Position numbers and translations under genes: made by a program. The notes under the pieces are model-generated. The model was given only the letters and a program-made list of their open reading frames with translations, ran no database searches and was not told the origin of the DNA. A DNA stretch of 64,000 nt from an uncultured Verrucomicrobiae bacterium (GTDB lineage Bacteria > Verrucomicrobiota > Verrucomicrobiia > Chthoniobacterales > UBA10450), in assembly GCA_963834385.1 (NCBI GenBank), contig CAWIBO010000005.1, forward strand, positions 160,001 through 224,000, given 5' to 3'. Below are positions 11,085 through 22,054 of the stretch, in pieces (position 1 is the stretch's first letter; every line of letters starts with the position of its first letter).

Positions 11085-12035
11085 TCAGGCGCTCTGCATC
11101 AGGCGCTTGATCATGTCTTCCGCGGTGACAATGCCGACCAGTTTACGGCGCCGGTCCACCACCGCGGCCAGGCTCAGGCGCGCCGCCCGCAGCCGCCGGA
11201 TGACGCGATAGGCCGCCTCGTCTTCCTGCGCCGTGATGAGTCGGCGCATGTGCCGGCTCAGGTGCTCGGACCGGTTCGGATCGAAAAGCACGTCGAGAAC
11301 CGTGACCAGGGCCACCGCCTCCCCCTTTTCGGAAATCACGGGCAGCCGTTCCACGTCGCGCCGCCGGCTCAACTCGAGCACTTCGCGCACGGGCGTCTGC
11401 GGGCGGACCGAGATGACGTCGGCCAGCGCGACCATGACGTCGCGCACTTTCACCCCGGTGAAGTCGACCACGTTCTGGATCATTTTGCGCTCGGTCGCGG
11501 TGAGCACGCCTTCCCGTTCGCTCTGCTCGGCGATCTGCTTCAATTCCTCGCGCGCGGCAAAAAGCCGGGGCGCTTCCTCCAGCCGACGCGGCAGCATCAG
11601 CCGGCCGATGCGCGCGCCGAGATAGAGAATCGGCCAAAGCAGCCATTCGGTCGTCTCAAGCACACCGGCCAGGCGCGAAAGCGAAACAACCGAGAGGCGG
11701 CGGAAGATGTCTTTCGGCAGAACCGAGAGGAAAAAGAGGTAGATCGGGAGCGAAACGGCAACGCTGAGCAGAAAACCGGGGTTGCCGTAGGCCCGCACCA
11801 GCAGCGCCGTCAGCGTCATGAGCGCGACGATGTTCGCCATGTTCGTGACCAGGAGCACGGTCACGAGCAGTCGCTCCGGATGGCGCAACAGTCGCTCGAG
11901 GCGCTGCGCGCGCCGCCGTTTCTGTTTCACCAGGGCGCGTAACCGCACCGGGTCGATCGAGAGCAGACCCGCCTCGATTCCCGAGAAAAGGAACGAGACC
12001 GCCCAGCAACCGCCGATCAGGGCCCACCACATCAT
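11085..12035 (-). CDS. CNNM (DUF21) + CBS domain protein
   Basis: FLFSGIEAGLLS, LLVTNMAN and a CBS pair. Confidence 0.88.
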   Translation of the reverse strand: MMWWALIGGCWAVSFLFSGIEAGLLSIDPVRLRALVKQKRRRAQRLERLLRHPERLLVTVLLVTNMANIVALMTLTALLVRAYGNPGFLLSVAVSLPIYLFFLSVLPKDIFRRLSVVSLSRLAGVLETTEWLLWPILYLGARIGRLMLPRRLEEAPRLFAAREELKQIAEQSEREGVLTATERKMIQNVVDFTGVKVRDVMVALADVISVRPQTPVREVLELSRRRDVERLPVISEKGEAVALVTVLDVLFDPNRSEHLSRHMRRLITAQEDEAAYRVIRRLRAARLSLAAVVDRRRKLVGIVTAEDMIKRLMQSA

Positions 12036-13321
12036 GACCCGATCTCCTCCTCCGGCTCGTGCTCCCGCGGCGCCGTGGCAAAGGTTGTTTTCTCCAGGAG
12101 CAATTCCTCGATCCGTTTGCGCCCGGCTTTGCGCACCGTGATCGTCAGCAAGGGCAGATCGAAACGCGCTCCCGAGCCGGGCAGATAGCCGAGACGATTG
12201 AAAACGTAGCCGCCGATGGTGTCGATCCCGTTGCCTTCCAGCTCGAACCCAAGATGCTCCCGCAGGTCGTCCAGGCGCGCGTCGCCGCTCACCAGAAATT
12301 TCCCGCCCTCCAGCGGCTCAATATAAAGATCGGCGTCGCCCAGCGGCGCGGCATCGCTCAGGATTTCTTCGAAAATATCGGAGAGGGTGATGATCCCCTC
12401 CATGCCGCCGAATTCGTCCACGACCACGGCCAGCCGCTGCGGGTGGGAAAGAAATTGACGCAACAAATCCATCGCGCGCATCGTTTCCGGGACAAAGGAA
12501 GGCGGCAAAAGCGTCTCGGTGTAATGCTCGGCCGGGTCGAGCAGGAACCGTTTCACATCGATGATGCCGACGATGTCGTCCGGGGTATCGCCGTAGACCG
12601 GCACGCGCCGGTGCCGCCGGTCGCGGATCTGCGCGATGGCCTCCTCGTTGCTCAGGTCGTCGGGGAGCGAAAAGGTGTCGACCCGCGGCGTCATGCAATC
12701 CTTGGCGGTTTTGTCACCCAGCTTGATGATCTCCTGGATCATTTCGCCCTCGGCTTCCTGGAGCGAACCCTGTTCCTCCCCGATCTCGACCAGCGTCTCC
12801 AGTTCCTCGTCACTCAGGCCGTCGCGTACGTCGATGCCGGCGGGCCGGAACCGGTTGACGATGCCGCTGCTGATCCATTCCAGGGCGTCGCCCACCGGGC
12901 CGAGCAGTGGCATGAGCAGACGCAGCGTGATGACGCCGATGGCGGAGAGCCGGTAGGTCGCTGAAAGCGCCAGCACCTTGGGGATGAGGTCGCAGACCAG
13001 CGCGAGGACCGCGAATATGGCCAAAGCCGCGAGCCAGCCGGGAATCATGGCGACGAGCGGCGTTTTCCAGACAAGGACGAGGCAGAGCACGACCAGCGGG
13101 ACGTTCACAACCACGTCGCCGAGGAGAAGGACGTTCAGGACGCGCCGCGGATTTTCGCGGAAAGCGACAATGAAATGGGCCAGTGAGGGATGCTGCCGCT
13201 CCAGCCGCTGCATCTGGTGCGGCTTGAGCGAAAAAAGCGCGGTTTCCAGCCCGGAGAAAAGCGCGGAGCAACCCACCAATCCTGCGATAAGAACAAGGAG
13301 AAGCGCGAGTTCCGCCGTCAT
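12032..13321 (-). CDS. Hemolysin-family CNNM/CBS/CorC transporter-associated protein
   Basis: FSGLETALFSL, MTPRVD, VVDEFGGMEGIITL and DTIGGYVF. Start chosen at MTAEL. Confidence 0.92.
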   Translation of the reverse strand: MTAELALLLVLIAGLVGCSALFSGLETALFSLKPHQMQRLERQHPSLAHFIVAFRENPRRVLNVLLLGDVVVNVPLVVLCLVLVWKTPLVAMIPGWLAALAIFAVLALVCDLIPKVLALSATYRLSAIGVITLRLLMPLLGPVGDALEWISSGIVNRFRPAGIDVRDGLSDEELETLVEIGEEQGSLQEAEGEMIQEIIKLGDKTAKDCMTPRVDTFSLPDDLSNEEAIAQIRDRRHRRVPVYGDTPDDIVGIIDVKRFLLDPAEHYTETLLPPSFVPETMRAMDLLRQFLSHPQRLAVVVDEFGGMEGIITLSDIFEEILSDAAPLGDADLYIEPLEGGKFLVSGDARLDDLREHLGFELEGNGIDTIGGYVFNRLGYLPGSGARFDLPLLTITVRKAGRKRIEELLLEKTTFATAPREHEPEEEIGS

Positions 13322-13412
13322 CCCGCCCTGCGGAATGCCCGCAAGTCCTCCTCCCGACTGGTCTGACGCGATGGTTTGCCCCTCATTGAAGCCATACGAT
13401 GGTAAGGGTTCC

Positions 13413-13883
13413 ATGAGCAAAGGCGAGAGGATTTCGGAATTCGTGGCGGGGCTCGGCGAAGGGGAGGCTTCCCTGACCGCCGAGATCACGCGCAATGCCT
13501 TCTATCTCTCCTTCTTCCGCTGCTGGAACGAGCAGCGCTACTACGAGGCGCACGACGTCCTCGAGCATCTCTGGCTCGGGACGAATCTCGACGACGCCAT
13601 CTTCTTCAAGGGCCTCATCCAGGCCGCGGGCGCTTTCGTCCACCTGCAAAAACAGTGGCAGCACCCCGACCACCCGAAACATGGCCGGCGTCTCCCGCCC
13701 GCCTCGCGCCTTTTCGCCCTGGCCGCGCGCAACCTTGATCCCTTCCAGCCGCGGCACCACGGCCTCGATGTCGCCGGCTTGTGCCAGTTGCTCCGTGCTC
13801 AGGAGCGCCTGCTCGTCGATTCCGCCTTCACCGTAAATCCATGGTCGCCCCAGACCGCCCCGACGCTCACAGTGACGGAATGA
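13413..13883 (+). CDS. DUF309 domain protein
   Basis: [12 protein letters not shown] and [14 protein letters not shown]. Confidence 0.88.
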   Translation: MSKGERISEFVAGLGEGEASLTAEITRNAFYLSFFRCWNEQRYYEAHDVLEHLWLGTNLDDAIFFKGLIQAAGAFVHLQKQWQHPDHPKHGRRLPPASRLFALAARNLDPFQPRHHGLDVAGLCQLLRAQERLLVDSAFTVNPWSPQTAPTLTVTE

Positions 13884-16042
13884 GTCGTATGGGAAACAAA
13901 CTCGCCGGGGAAAAATCGCCCTACCTCCTGCAGCACGCCGATAACCCGGTCCACTGGGAACCGTGGGGCGAGGAGGCCTTCGCCCGCGCCCGCCGCGAGA
14001 ACAAGCCGATCTTCCTCTCGATCGGCTATTCCACCTGCCATTGGTGCCACGTCATGGCGCACGAATCCTTCGAGAACCCCGCCATCGCCGAGATCATGAA
14101 CCGCGAGTTCGTGAACATCAAAATGGACCGGGAAGAGCGCCCCGATATCGACCGCGTCTACATGACCTTCGTCCAGGCCACCACCGGCCACGGCGGCTGG
14201 CCGATGAGCGTCTGGCTGACCCCGGAGCTGAAGCCGTTCGTCGGTGGCACTTATTTTCCGCCGGAAGAGCGGCACGGTCAGCCCGGTTTTCCCAAGGTGC
14301 TCCAGCGCGTCGCCCATGCCTGGAAAGAGAACGGCGCCAGGATTGCCGAGCAGGGCGACCGGATCATTGAGGCGTTGCGCGAGTCAGCCGCGAGCGTCGA
14401 GGACGCGAATGGCCCGGTGGGAGCCACAGCCGCGCAGGCCGGATACGAGCAGTTTGCCCGCAGCTTCGACGCGCAGGAAGGCGGGTTCGGCAGCGCGCCC
14501 AAATTTCCCCGCCCGGTCACGCTGAATTTTCTTCTGCGCTATCACCTGCGTCACCAAAACGATTCTTCCGGGAAGCAGGCCCTCGACATGGTTCTCTTTA
14601 CCCTGCGCAAGATGGCCGCCGGCGGCATGCACGATCATCTCGGCGGCGGTTTTCATCGCTACTCGGTCGACGCCTTCTGGCACGTGCCGCACTTCGAGAA
14701 AATGCTCTACGACCAGGCGCAGCTCGCCTCGGCCTACCTCGACGCCTTTCAACTGACGCGGCAGCCGCTCTTCGAGAACGTGGCCCGCGACACCCTCGAC
14801 TATGTCCGGCGCGACCTGACCGCACCCGACGGCGGATTTTATTCCGCGGAGGATGCCGACAGCGAAGTGAACGGAGGCGGGGTCTCTAACCCCGCAGCCG
14901 GGTTGCAAACCCGGCCTCCGAAGGCGGAGGGCGCTTTCTACGTCTGGACGAAGCAGGAAATTGAAAGCGCGCTCGGATCGGACGCGGAGATTTTCAATTA
15001 CCACTACGGCGTGGAAGCAGACGGCAACGCCCCGGCCGGGACCGATCCGCACGGCGAATTCACCGGCAAAAATATTTTGCTCAAGCGTCATACCCTGGGA
15101 CAGACCGGGCAGCACTTCGGTAAAACGGAGGCGGAGATTGCGGAGAAGCTCGAAGCGGCGCGTGAGAAACTTCTCGCCGTCCGCAGCGGACGGCCGCGGC
15201 CGCACTTGGACGACAAGATTATCACGGCCTGGAACGGGCTCATGATCTCGGCCTTTGCCCGTGGCGCGCAGGTTTTGGGAGACCCCGATTACCTCCACAG
15301 CGCCACCCGCGCCGCCGATTTCATCCGGCAGAATCTTTATTCTCCCGCGACCGGGCGGCTCATCCGGAATTTCCGGGACGGGGCGTCGAAGACCGAGGGC
15401 TTTGCCGAGGATTATGCGTTCCTGATCCAGGGGCTGCTTGATCTCTACGAGGCCTCGTTCGAGATCGGGTGGCTCCAGTGGGCGCTTAAATTGCAGGAAA
15501 CGCAGGACAACCTTTTCTTCGACGAGAAGAACGGCGGCTATTTCACCACCACCGGGCAGGACGCGAGCGTGCTCCTGCGGATGAAGGAAGACCACGACAG
15601 CGCGGAGCCGGCGCCCAGCTCGGTCGCCGCGAGAAACCTGTGGCGCCTGGCGCAGATACGCAGCGATGACGCGCTGCGCGCGCGGGCGGAGAAAACCATG
15701 GGCGCCTTTGCCGGCGTCCTGACGCGCATCCCGAGCGCAATGCCCGAGATGCTGGCGGCAGCGTTGCCGGCCGAGGGCAAACCAAGGCAGATCGTTCTCG
15801 CGGGGGAACGGGAGGCGGAAGAAACGACAGAGCTTGCGGCCGAGGTGCACCGGCATTTTTTGCCGGAGAAAGTTCTGCTCCTCGCCGATGGCGCGGAGGG
15901 CCAGAAATTTCTCGAGGAAAAACTTCCGGCGCTTCGTGAAATGCGGAAGATCGAGGGCAAAGCCACCGCCTACGTCTGCGAAAACTTCGCCTGCCAGGTT
16001 CCGGTGACCGATTCCGGGAAGCTGCGCGCCCTTCTCTCCTGA
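13880..16042 (+). CDS. Thioredoxin-domain / (alpha/alpha)6-barrel protein, YyaL/SPATA20 family
   Basis: [47 protein letters not shown] and [13 protein letters not shown] overlap with the upstream gene. Confidence 0.94.
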   Translation: MSRMGNKLAGEKSPYLLQHADNPVHWEPWGEEAFARARRENKPIFLSIGYSTCHWCHVMAHESFENPAIAEIMNREFVNIKMDREERPDIDRVYMTFVQATTGHGGWPMSVWLTPELKPFVGGTYFPPEERHGQPGFPKVLQRVAHAWKENGARIAEQGDRIIEALRESAASVEDANGPVGATAAQAGYEQFARSFDAQEGGFGSAPKFPRPVTLNFLLRYHLRHQNDSSGKQALDMVLFTLRKMAAGGMHDHLGGGFHRYSVDAFWHVPHFEKMLYDQAQLASAYLDAFQLTRQPLFENVARDTLDYVRRDLTAPDGGFYSAEDADSEVNGGGVSNPAAGLQTRPPKAEGAFYVWTKQEIESALGSDAEIFNYHYGVEADGNAPAGTDPHGEFTGKNILLKRHTLGQTGQHFGKTEAEIAEKLEAAREKLLAVRSGRPRPHLDDKIITAWNGLMISAFARGAQVLGDPDYLHSATRAADFIRQNLYSPATGRLIRNFRDGASKTEGFAEDYAFLIQGLLDLYEASFEIGWLQWALKLQETQDNLFFDEKNGGYFTTTGQDASVLLRMKEDHDSAEPAPSSVAARNLWRLAQIRSDDALRARAEKTMGAFAGVLTRIPSAMPEMLAAALPAEGKPRQIVLAGEREAEETTELAAEVHRHFLPEKVLLLADGAEGQKFLEEKLPALREMRKIEGKATAYVCENFACQVPVTDSGKLRALLS
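14872..14920. repeat. Inverted REP-like doublet in frame inside the YyaL-like gene
   Basis: GGAGGCGGGGTCTCTAACCCCGC is followed by the reverse complement of GGAGGCCGGGTTTGCAACCCGGC; each unit is its own hairpin. Confidence 0.75.
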
Positions 16043-16100
16043 CCTTAACGTCCCGGGCCGAACTGGTTGCCCTCCACGTTCACGCCTGCTTCAGTGCCTG

Positions 16101-18042
16101 ATGCATCTCCGGCGCCTTCTCCCGCTCGCTCTCCTGGCCGTCCTTACCCCGCCTCTCTACGCGCAGTATCCCGAAAATCTCGTGGTGGAGAATGTCCCGG
16201 CGATTCCGCCGGAGGTCCGCGAGAAGGCGGAGCGCTATCTCGAGTTCCGCTCGGCCGGATTCAACAGCTGGCACCCGGTCCGCCGGGAAATGCTCGTCAC
16301 CACCCGCTTCGCCGAGACCAACCAGCTTCACCTGGTCAGGATGCCGCTGGGCGCGCGAACCCAGCTTACGTTCCGGCCCGAGCCGGTGCCGGGCGGCGCT
16401 TTCCAGCCGAAAACCGGCGATCTCATTCTTTTCGTCCAGGATGTCGGCGGCGGTGAATTTTATCAGATCTTTCGCTACGATGTGGCCGACGGCAGCATCA
16501 CCCTGCTGACCGACGGGAAATCGCGCAATATCGCGGCGGCCTGGGCAAAAAGCGGGAAATGGTTCGCCTATTCCTCCACGCGCCGCAACGGCACGGACAC
16601 CGACATTTATGTGCAGGACCCGCGCGACCCGAAGAGCGCCCGACTGCTGCTCGAGGTGAAGGGGGGCGGTTGGTCGGTGGCCGACACGTCCCACGACGAC
16701 AGCAAACTTCTGGTCGGCGAATACGTCTCGATCAACGAAAGCTATTTTTATCTGGTCGATGTGAAGACGGGGACAAAGGAACTGCTCACGCCCAAGGGCG
16801 GCGCGGAGAAGATCGCCTACGGCGAGGCCCGGTTCGCCCCGGACGGCAAAACCATCTACGTCACCACGGACAAAGGCTCCGATTTCCAGCGCCTGGTGGC
16901 GATCGATCTGGCCTCGAAAAAGGAAACGGTCCTGACCAAGGACATTCCCTGGAACGTGGAAAGTTTCGATGTCTCGAGCGACGGCGCGACCATTGCCTTC
17001 AGTTCCAATGAAGCGGGCCGAAGCGTCCTGCATTTGATCGACGCCGCCACCGGCACGGAGAAGAAGGCGCCGGCCCTGCCGCATGGGGTCATCGGCGGCC
17101 TCGAGTTTCACCCAAATGGCAAGGAGCTCGGCTTCAGCCTCACAAGCGCCCGTTCGCCCAACGACGCTTATTCCGTCGACCTGGCCAGCGGCGTCCTGAC
17201 CCGCTGGACGGAAAGCGAGACCAGCGGATTGAACGCCGAGAAGTTCATCGAACCGGAGCTGATCAAGATCAAAAGCTTCGATGGCCTCGAGATCTCCGGG
17301 TTTCTTTACCGGCCGGACCCCGCAAAGTTCCCCGGGAAACGTCCGCTCCTCTTCAACATCCATGGCGGCCCCGAGGCGCAGTTCCGCCCCGGTTTCCTCG
17401 CCCGGACGAACTTTTATCTCAACGAGATGGGCGTCGCCATCTTCTTCCCGAACGTCCGCGGGTCGGATGGTTACGGAAAAAAATTCCTCACCCTCGATAA
17501 CGATTACAAACGCGAGGACAGCGTGAAGGACCTGGGGGCGTTCATCGAATGGGCCCGAAACAACCCGGCGCTCGATCCCGAGCGCATCGCCCTGACCGGT
17601 GGCAGTTACGGCGGTTACATGGTCCTGGCCGGCATGGTGCATTACAACGACCGGGTCCGTTGCGCGCATCGACATCGTCGGCATCTCGAACTTCAACACT
17701 TTCCTGAAAAACACCCAGGATTACCGGCGCGACCTGCGCCGGGTCGAATACGGCGACGAGCGGGATGAGAAGATGCACGCGTTCCTCGAGAGCATTTCAC
17801 CGCTCAACAACGTGAAGAAGATCAGCAAGCCGCTCTTCGTCGTGCAGGGAAAGAACGATCCGCGCGTGCCCGTGACCGAGGCGGAGCAGATCGCGAAAGC
17901 CGTGCGCGAAAACGGCGGCGAGGTCTGGTATATGATGGCCACGGACGAGGGGCACGGTTTCCAGAAGAAGAAAAATGTCGACGCCCTCTTTTTTGCGACC
18001 ATTCTCTTCCTCGAGCAGCACCTGGCCGGCAGCAAAGGCTGA
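16101..18042 (+). CDS. Secreted S9-family (prolyl oligopeptidase-like) peptidase; frameshift near 17665
   Basis: Signal peptide, beta-propeller repeats, IHGGPE and GGSYGG; the second frame has NDPRVP and DEGHGF. Confidence 0.92.
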
Positions 18043-18070
18043 GGCCCGGGGCAACACGGAGAACCTCACC

Positions 18071-18346
18071 ATGCCCAAATTCGTTATTGAACGGAATCTG
18101 CCCGGCGCGGGCAAACTCTCGGCCGCCGAGCTGCACGATATCTCGCGCAAATCCTGTGACGTCCTGAACGAAATGGGACCCGAGATCCAGTGGGTCCAGA
18201 GCTTTGTCACGGACGACCGGATCTATTGCATCTACGTGGCGCCCGATGAAAAACTCGTGCGCGACCACGCCGAGAAGGGCGGGTTCCCGGCCGACCGCAT
18301 CTCGCGGGTCACGCAAGTCATCGATCCGACCACCGCCGAGGGCTGA
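18071..18346 (+). CDS. DUF4242 family small protein
   Basis: MPKFVIER...IQWVQSFVT-DRIYCIYVAP...HAEKGGFPADRIS. Confidence 0.85.
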   Translation: MPKFVIERNLPGAGKLSAAELHDISRKSCDVLNEMGPEIQWVQSFVTDDRIYCIYVAPDEKLVRDHAEKGGFPADRISRVTQVIDPTTAEG

Positions 18347-18400
18347 GACGGCTGTTTGGCCACGGACCGCGGTGCGCTGTCCGGTCAGCTCCCTGTCAGT

Positions 18401-19117
18401 CTAAAGATCGGCGCGTGGCGCGGGGAGGCGCCGCCGGCGCAGGCGCATCCAGTTGTTCCAGGTTTTGCGCAGGCTGTCCCGCGCGGTGATGTAGCGCTGG
18501 TTGAGCTCGGCGCCCTTCACGATGCCTTCCAGGATCCCTTTCACCGAGAGCTCGGTGGTATCGACGATGGTGTAGGCCGTGCCGATGGCGGCGGCATGAT
18601 GCGCGTCGCTTGCCGCGGTCATGGGCAGCTTGCGCAGGAGGGCATACTTGTAGGCAAACCGGTTGTAACGCCGGAGGGTGGTGGCGGCGTTGAACACTTC
18701 CAGGGCGTCGATCGGCAGGGTCTCGAGCACGCTCGGGCGGATCCCGGCCCGGAAAAGATCGTAGGGATGCGGCGGAATGGCGAGCCCGCCCTGGGCATGA
18801 ATGATCTCGCAGACCTCGCGCGCGGGCCGGCCTTTAAGCTTCGGCGCCTCGGGCAGCTTCGCGCCCACGCAGAGCAGGTGACCTTCCTGCGTCGTCACTT
18901 CCACCCCGGGCAAAATAAGAAAATCGTTCACCGGCTGGCCATCCTCCCGCATGAACCCTTTCTCGAGCATGTAATCGACCGCTTCACAGGTGTTATGGTC
19001 CGTGATGGCGAAGCCATGAATGCCTTTCACCTTGGCCGCGCTGATCAGCTCCTCCGGGCTGGAGACGCCGTCCCCCGAGAAAAACGAATGGCAATGCAGA
19101 TCAATATTAAACGCCAC
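18401..19117 (-). CDS. PHP-domain metal-dependent phosphoesterase
   Basis: DLHCHS-FSGDG, AITDHN, GVEV, PHPY and SDAH. Confidence 0.9.
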   Translation of the reverse strand: MAFNIDLHCHSFFSGDGVSSPEELISAAKVKGIHGFAITDHNTCEAVDYMLEKGFMREDGQPVNDFLILPGVEVTTQEGHLLCVGAKLPEAPKLKGRPAREVCEIIHAQGGLAIPPHPYDLFRAGIRPSVLETLPIDALEVFNAATTLRRYNRFAYKYALLRKLPMTAASDAHHAAAIGTAYTIVDTTELSVKGILEGIVKGAELNQRYITARDSLRKTWNNWMRLRRRRLPAPRADL

Positions 19118-19212
19118 GAGGCGGAGACTAGTTTGACCGGCCAGCCATGGAAAGCATCCGTTTCAGGCGGCTCAGCGCGACCTCCGGGCGCCGTGATTCG
19201 TCGCACCGCGCT

Positions 19213-19312
19213 GTAGCGTGCGCCGTCCCCGGCGCATTCCTTCGAAGCGTGAATCGTAAATCGTAAATGGTGAATCGTCAGAAGCCGATCCGCTGAGGAC
19301 AACGGACGCTAC
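19213..19312. repeat. Inverted pair of GTAG-type REPs enclosing a 7-mer tandem array
   Basis: GTAG-CG-TGCGCCG-TCCC-CGGCGCA (19213-19236) and TCCGCTG-AGGA-CAACGGA-CG-CTAC (19289-19312) flank (RAATSGT)x4 at 19251-19278. Confidence 0.8.
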
Positions 19313-19413
19313 AGTGCGTGATATCCGGGTATTGGGCGGACTGGGTGAGGCGAGGGGGAGAGGAACTTTTCGGGCTGGTGGACGCAAAGGGGGAAGCCAT
19401 CTGATCAAGACGT

Positions 19414-19581
19414 TTGCGGGGTCCTTCGCTTTGCTCAGGATGACGGAGGGGCGTGGCGGGGCGTTCCTTAATCTGTGTTAATCTGTGAAATCTGCGGACT
19501 TCTTTTGCTGGTTTTACCGCCGGGCTTCTGAGGCTTCGCTGGTTGGTTGGTTGCGGGGTCCTTCGCTTTGCTCAGGATGAC
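19414..19581. repeat. Two identical 31-bp direct repeats TTGCGGGGTCCTTCGCTTTGCTCAGGATGAC
   Basis: Copies at 19414-19444 and 19551-19581. The spacer holds an ATCTGTG-type short tandem at 19470-19498. Confidence 0.9.
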
Positions 19582-19610
19582 CGGGGAGGGGATTAGGATT
19601 AAGAGTAGGA

Positions 19611-20177
19611 GTGGAAGTGATTTGTTTTAAGGAATGGTCGATGGTTTGCGCCGCGCTGGGCGAGGGGGCGCAGTCGGTTCTTTTGCGGAAGGGCGGGATC
19701 GCGGAGGGACGGGCCGGCTTCGCTTTCCGGCATGAGTCGTTCTTTCTTTTTCCGACGGAGTTCCATGAGCAACGCGAAAAGTTGCGGCAGGCGCCGAGGC
19801 ATGTTCCGGAGGAAATCCCCGGGCAGGTGACTTTGCGCCAGTTTGCGCGGGTTCTCGCGACGGAAACGGTCACTTCACTCGCGGTCGCCGAAGCGCTCGC
19901 ACCGCTGCATATCCTGCGCCCGGAAGTGGTGCGTGAACGTTTCGCCTACGGCGAGGCGGCCGGGTTGCAGGTGGCGTTTGTCCGGATTTATCGGGTGGAG
20001 CCGGCCTGGAGTTTCCCGGAAGAGAAACGTTTCGGCGGGTGCCGTTCCTGGATCGAGCTGCACGACGAACCCCCGGCGCACAGCCTTGTGCCGGTGCTCG
20101 ATGATGAGGAGAACGCGCGGCGCCTGGCGTTGTTCAGGCGCCTGATCGCGCCCCCGGCAGAAACCGCCGCCGGTTAA
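19611..20177 (+). CDS. DUF1802 family protein
   Basis: FKEW--VC-ALGEGAQ-VLLRKGGIAE, FFLFPT-FHEQ and GGCRSWIEL. Confidence 0.88.
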   Translation: MEVICFKEWSMVCAALGEGAQSVLLRKGGIAEGRAGFAFRHESFFLFPTEFHEQREKLRQAPRHVPEEIPGQVTLRQFARVLATETVTSLAVAEALAPLHILRPEVVRERFAYGEAAGLQVAFVRIYRVEPAWSFPEEKRFGGCRSWIELHDEPPAHSLVPVLDDEENARRLALFRRLIAPPAETAAG

Positions 20178-22054
20178 CCGAGCGCTTCCTCGAGCTCCGG
20201 CTCGTCGATTTCCTCGCCGTCGTGCCGGTTAAACTGGAGATCATAGAGCCGGCGATAGTAGCCCGACTGGTCAATGAGCTCCTGGTGCGTGCCCATTTCC
20301 TTGATCCGGCCGTGGTCCATGACCACGATCTGGTCGGCGGAAAGAATGGTGGAAAGGCGGTGCGCAATGGCGATGACGGTGCGCCCGGCGGCGAGACGCT
20401 GGAGGGCGAGCTGAATCTGTTTCTCCGATTCCGAGTCGAGCGCCGAGGTCGCTTCGTCGAGCAGAAGAATGGGGGCATCTTTCAGGAGCGCCCGGGCAAT
20501 GGCGAGGCGCTGCTGCTGTCCGCCGGAGAGGAGCGAGCCTTTGTCGCCCACCATGGTCTCGTAACCGTGCGGCTGGGCCATGATGAAATCGTGGGCGTAG
20601 GCGGTGCGGGCGGCGGCCTCGACCTCCTCTTTCGTCGCATCCAGCCGGCCAAACTGGATATTGGCGAAGATGGTGTCGTGGAAAAGGAAGGTTTCCTGGG
20701 TGACGAGGCCAATCTGCTCGCGGAGCGATTTTTGCGTGACGCTCCGGAGATCGCGCCCGTCGATCCGGATGGCGCCGGTGGCGGGATCGTAAAAGCGCAG
20801 GATGAGCGAGAGCATGGTCGATTTCCCGGCCCCGCTGGCGCCGACGAGGGCATAGGTCTTACCGGGCGCGACCTCGAAGGTGACGTCACTGAGTGCGTCG
20901 GTGTTCGTCCCGTCGTAGCGGAAGGTGACGTGGTCGAACTGGATGCGCCCCTGCGGGCGGGGCAGGGCAACGGCGTCCGGGGCGTCGGCCACGCTCGGTT
21001 TGCTGTCGAGGATCCGGAAAAATTCCGTGGTGGAGGCGACGGAACGCTGCATGACGATGTGCATGCGGCTGATCGTCTTGATCGGCTCGTAAAGCATGAA
21101 GATGCCGAGGTTAAGCGCGATGAAGCGGGCGGCGCTGAGGTTGGCGAAATAGACGTAGACCAGGGCGAGCCCGACCCCGATGGCGGCGATGGTCTCGACC
21201 ATGGGGCCGACAGCTTCCATGGCGCGGATCATGCGCATGGCGTTGCGGAACTGGAGCCGGTTGGTATGCCGGAAGGACTGGTCCTGGTGTTCCTCGCGCG
21301 CGAACGATTTGACCACGCGAATGCCGGAAAACGTTTCCTGCATCATGGCGACCATCTGGCCGACCTCGAGCTGTTCCTCGTGCACGGCGCGCCGGGCCCG
21401 GTTGCCGAAATACCGGATCGGGATGAGGCAGGTCGGGAAAAGGATGAGCGTGACGATGGTGAACCGCCAGTCGAGGATGACGAGAACGCTGATGCCGGCG
21501 AGAAGCGCGATCGGCTGCTTGAAAATATCGCTGCTCACGGTGGTCAGGGCGGCCTGCATGCCACGGGTGTCGTGGGTGATGCGCGACATGAGGAACCCGG
21601 CGCGGGCGCGGTTAAAGAAATCCATCGACTGGGTCACGATGCGGGTGAAAAGAGCGCCGCGGATATCGCTCATCACCTTGTTGCTGACCCAGTTCATATA
21701 ATAGGCGTTGAGATAGGAGCAGAGGCTGCGCGCGGCCATGACCGCGGGAATGGCGAGGCAGAAAACGAAGATGGCGTTGATCTTCGGGCCGCCATCGAGC
21801 GCGCCCGGTGTTTTCATGAGCTGCTGCACGCCCGGGGCAGCGCCTTGGAAAACGAAGTTCATCACGTACATGCTGACGAGCGGGAGCAGGGAATTGACGA
21901 TGCCAAAAGCGGCGCCGAAACCGATGCCGGTGAGGAAGCGCCATTTGTAGGGCCGGACGTAGGAATAGAGCCGGCGATAGGGAGCCCAGGCGACTCGAAG
22001 CGTCTCCATGAAGCCAAGAGTCGGCCGCTGCTGCTTGCGCTTCTGCTTGTTCAT
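20174..22054 (-). CDS. msbA: MsbA-like lipid A export ABC transporter (permease + ATPase)
   Basis: TM domain, Walker A GASGAGKS, LSGGQQQR and LLDEATSALD; next to a heptosyltransferase. Confidence 0.8.
   Translation of the reverse strand: MNKQKRKQQRPTLGFMETLRVAWAPYRRLYSYVRPYKWRFLTGIGFGAAFGIVNSLLPLVSMYVMNFVFQGAAPGVQQLMKTPGALDGGPKINAIFVFCLAIPAVMAARSLCSYLNAYYMNWVSNKVMSDIRGALFTRIVTQSMDFFNRARAGFLMSRITHDTRGMQAALTTVSSDIFKQPIALLAGISVLVILDWRFTIVTLILFPTCLIPIRYFGNRARRAVHEEQLEVGQMVAMMQETFSGIRVVKSFAREEHQDQSFRHTNRLQFRNAMRMIRAMEAVGPMVETIAAIGVGLALVYVYFANLSAARFIALNLGIFMLYEPIKTISRMHIVMQRSVASTTEFFRILDSKPSVADAPDAVALPRPQGRIQFDHVTFRYDGTNTDALSDVTFEVAPGKTYALVGASGAGKSTMLSLILRFYDPATGAIRIDGRDLRSVTQKSLREQIGLVTQETFLFHDTIFANIQFGRLDATKEEVEAAARTAYAHDFIMAQPHGYETMVGDKGSLLSGGQQQRLAIARALLKDAPILLLDEATSALDSESEKQIQLALQRLAAGRTVIAIAHRLSTILSADQIVVMDHGRIKEMGTHQELIDQSGYYRRLYDLQFNRHDGEEIDEPELEEALG

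Noticed and set aside
19414..19581. CRISPR array from two identical 31-bp repeats
   Set aside because: There are only two copies, the spacer is 106 bp, no cas genes are present, and the same family occurs as an inverted pair at 58776-58856.
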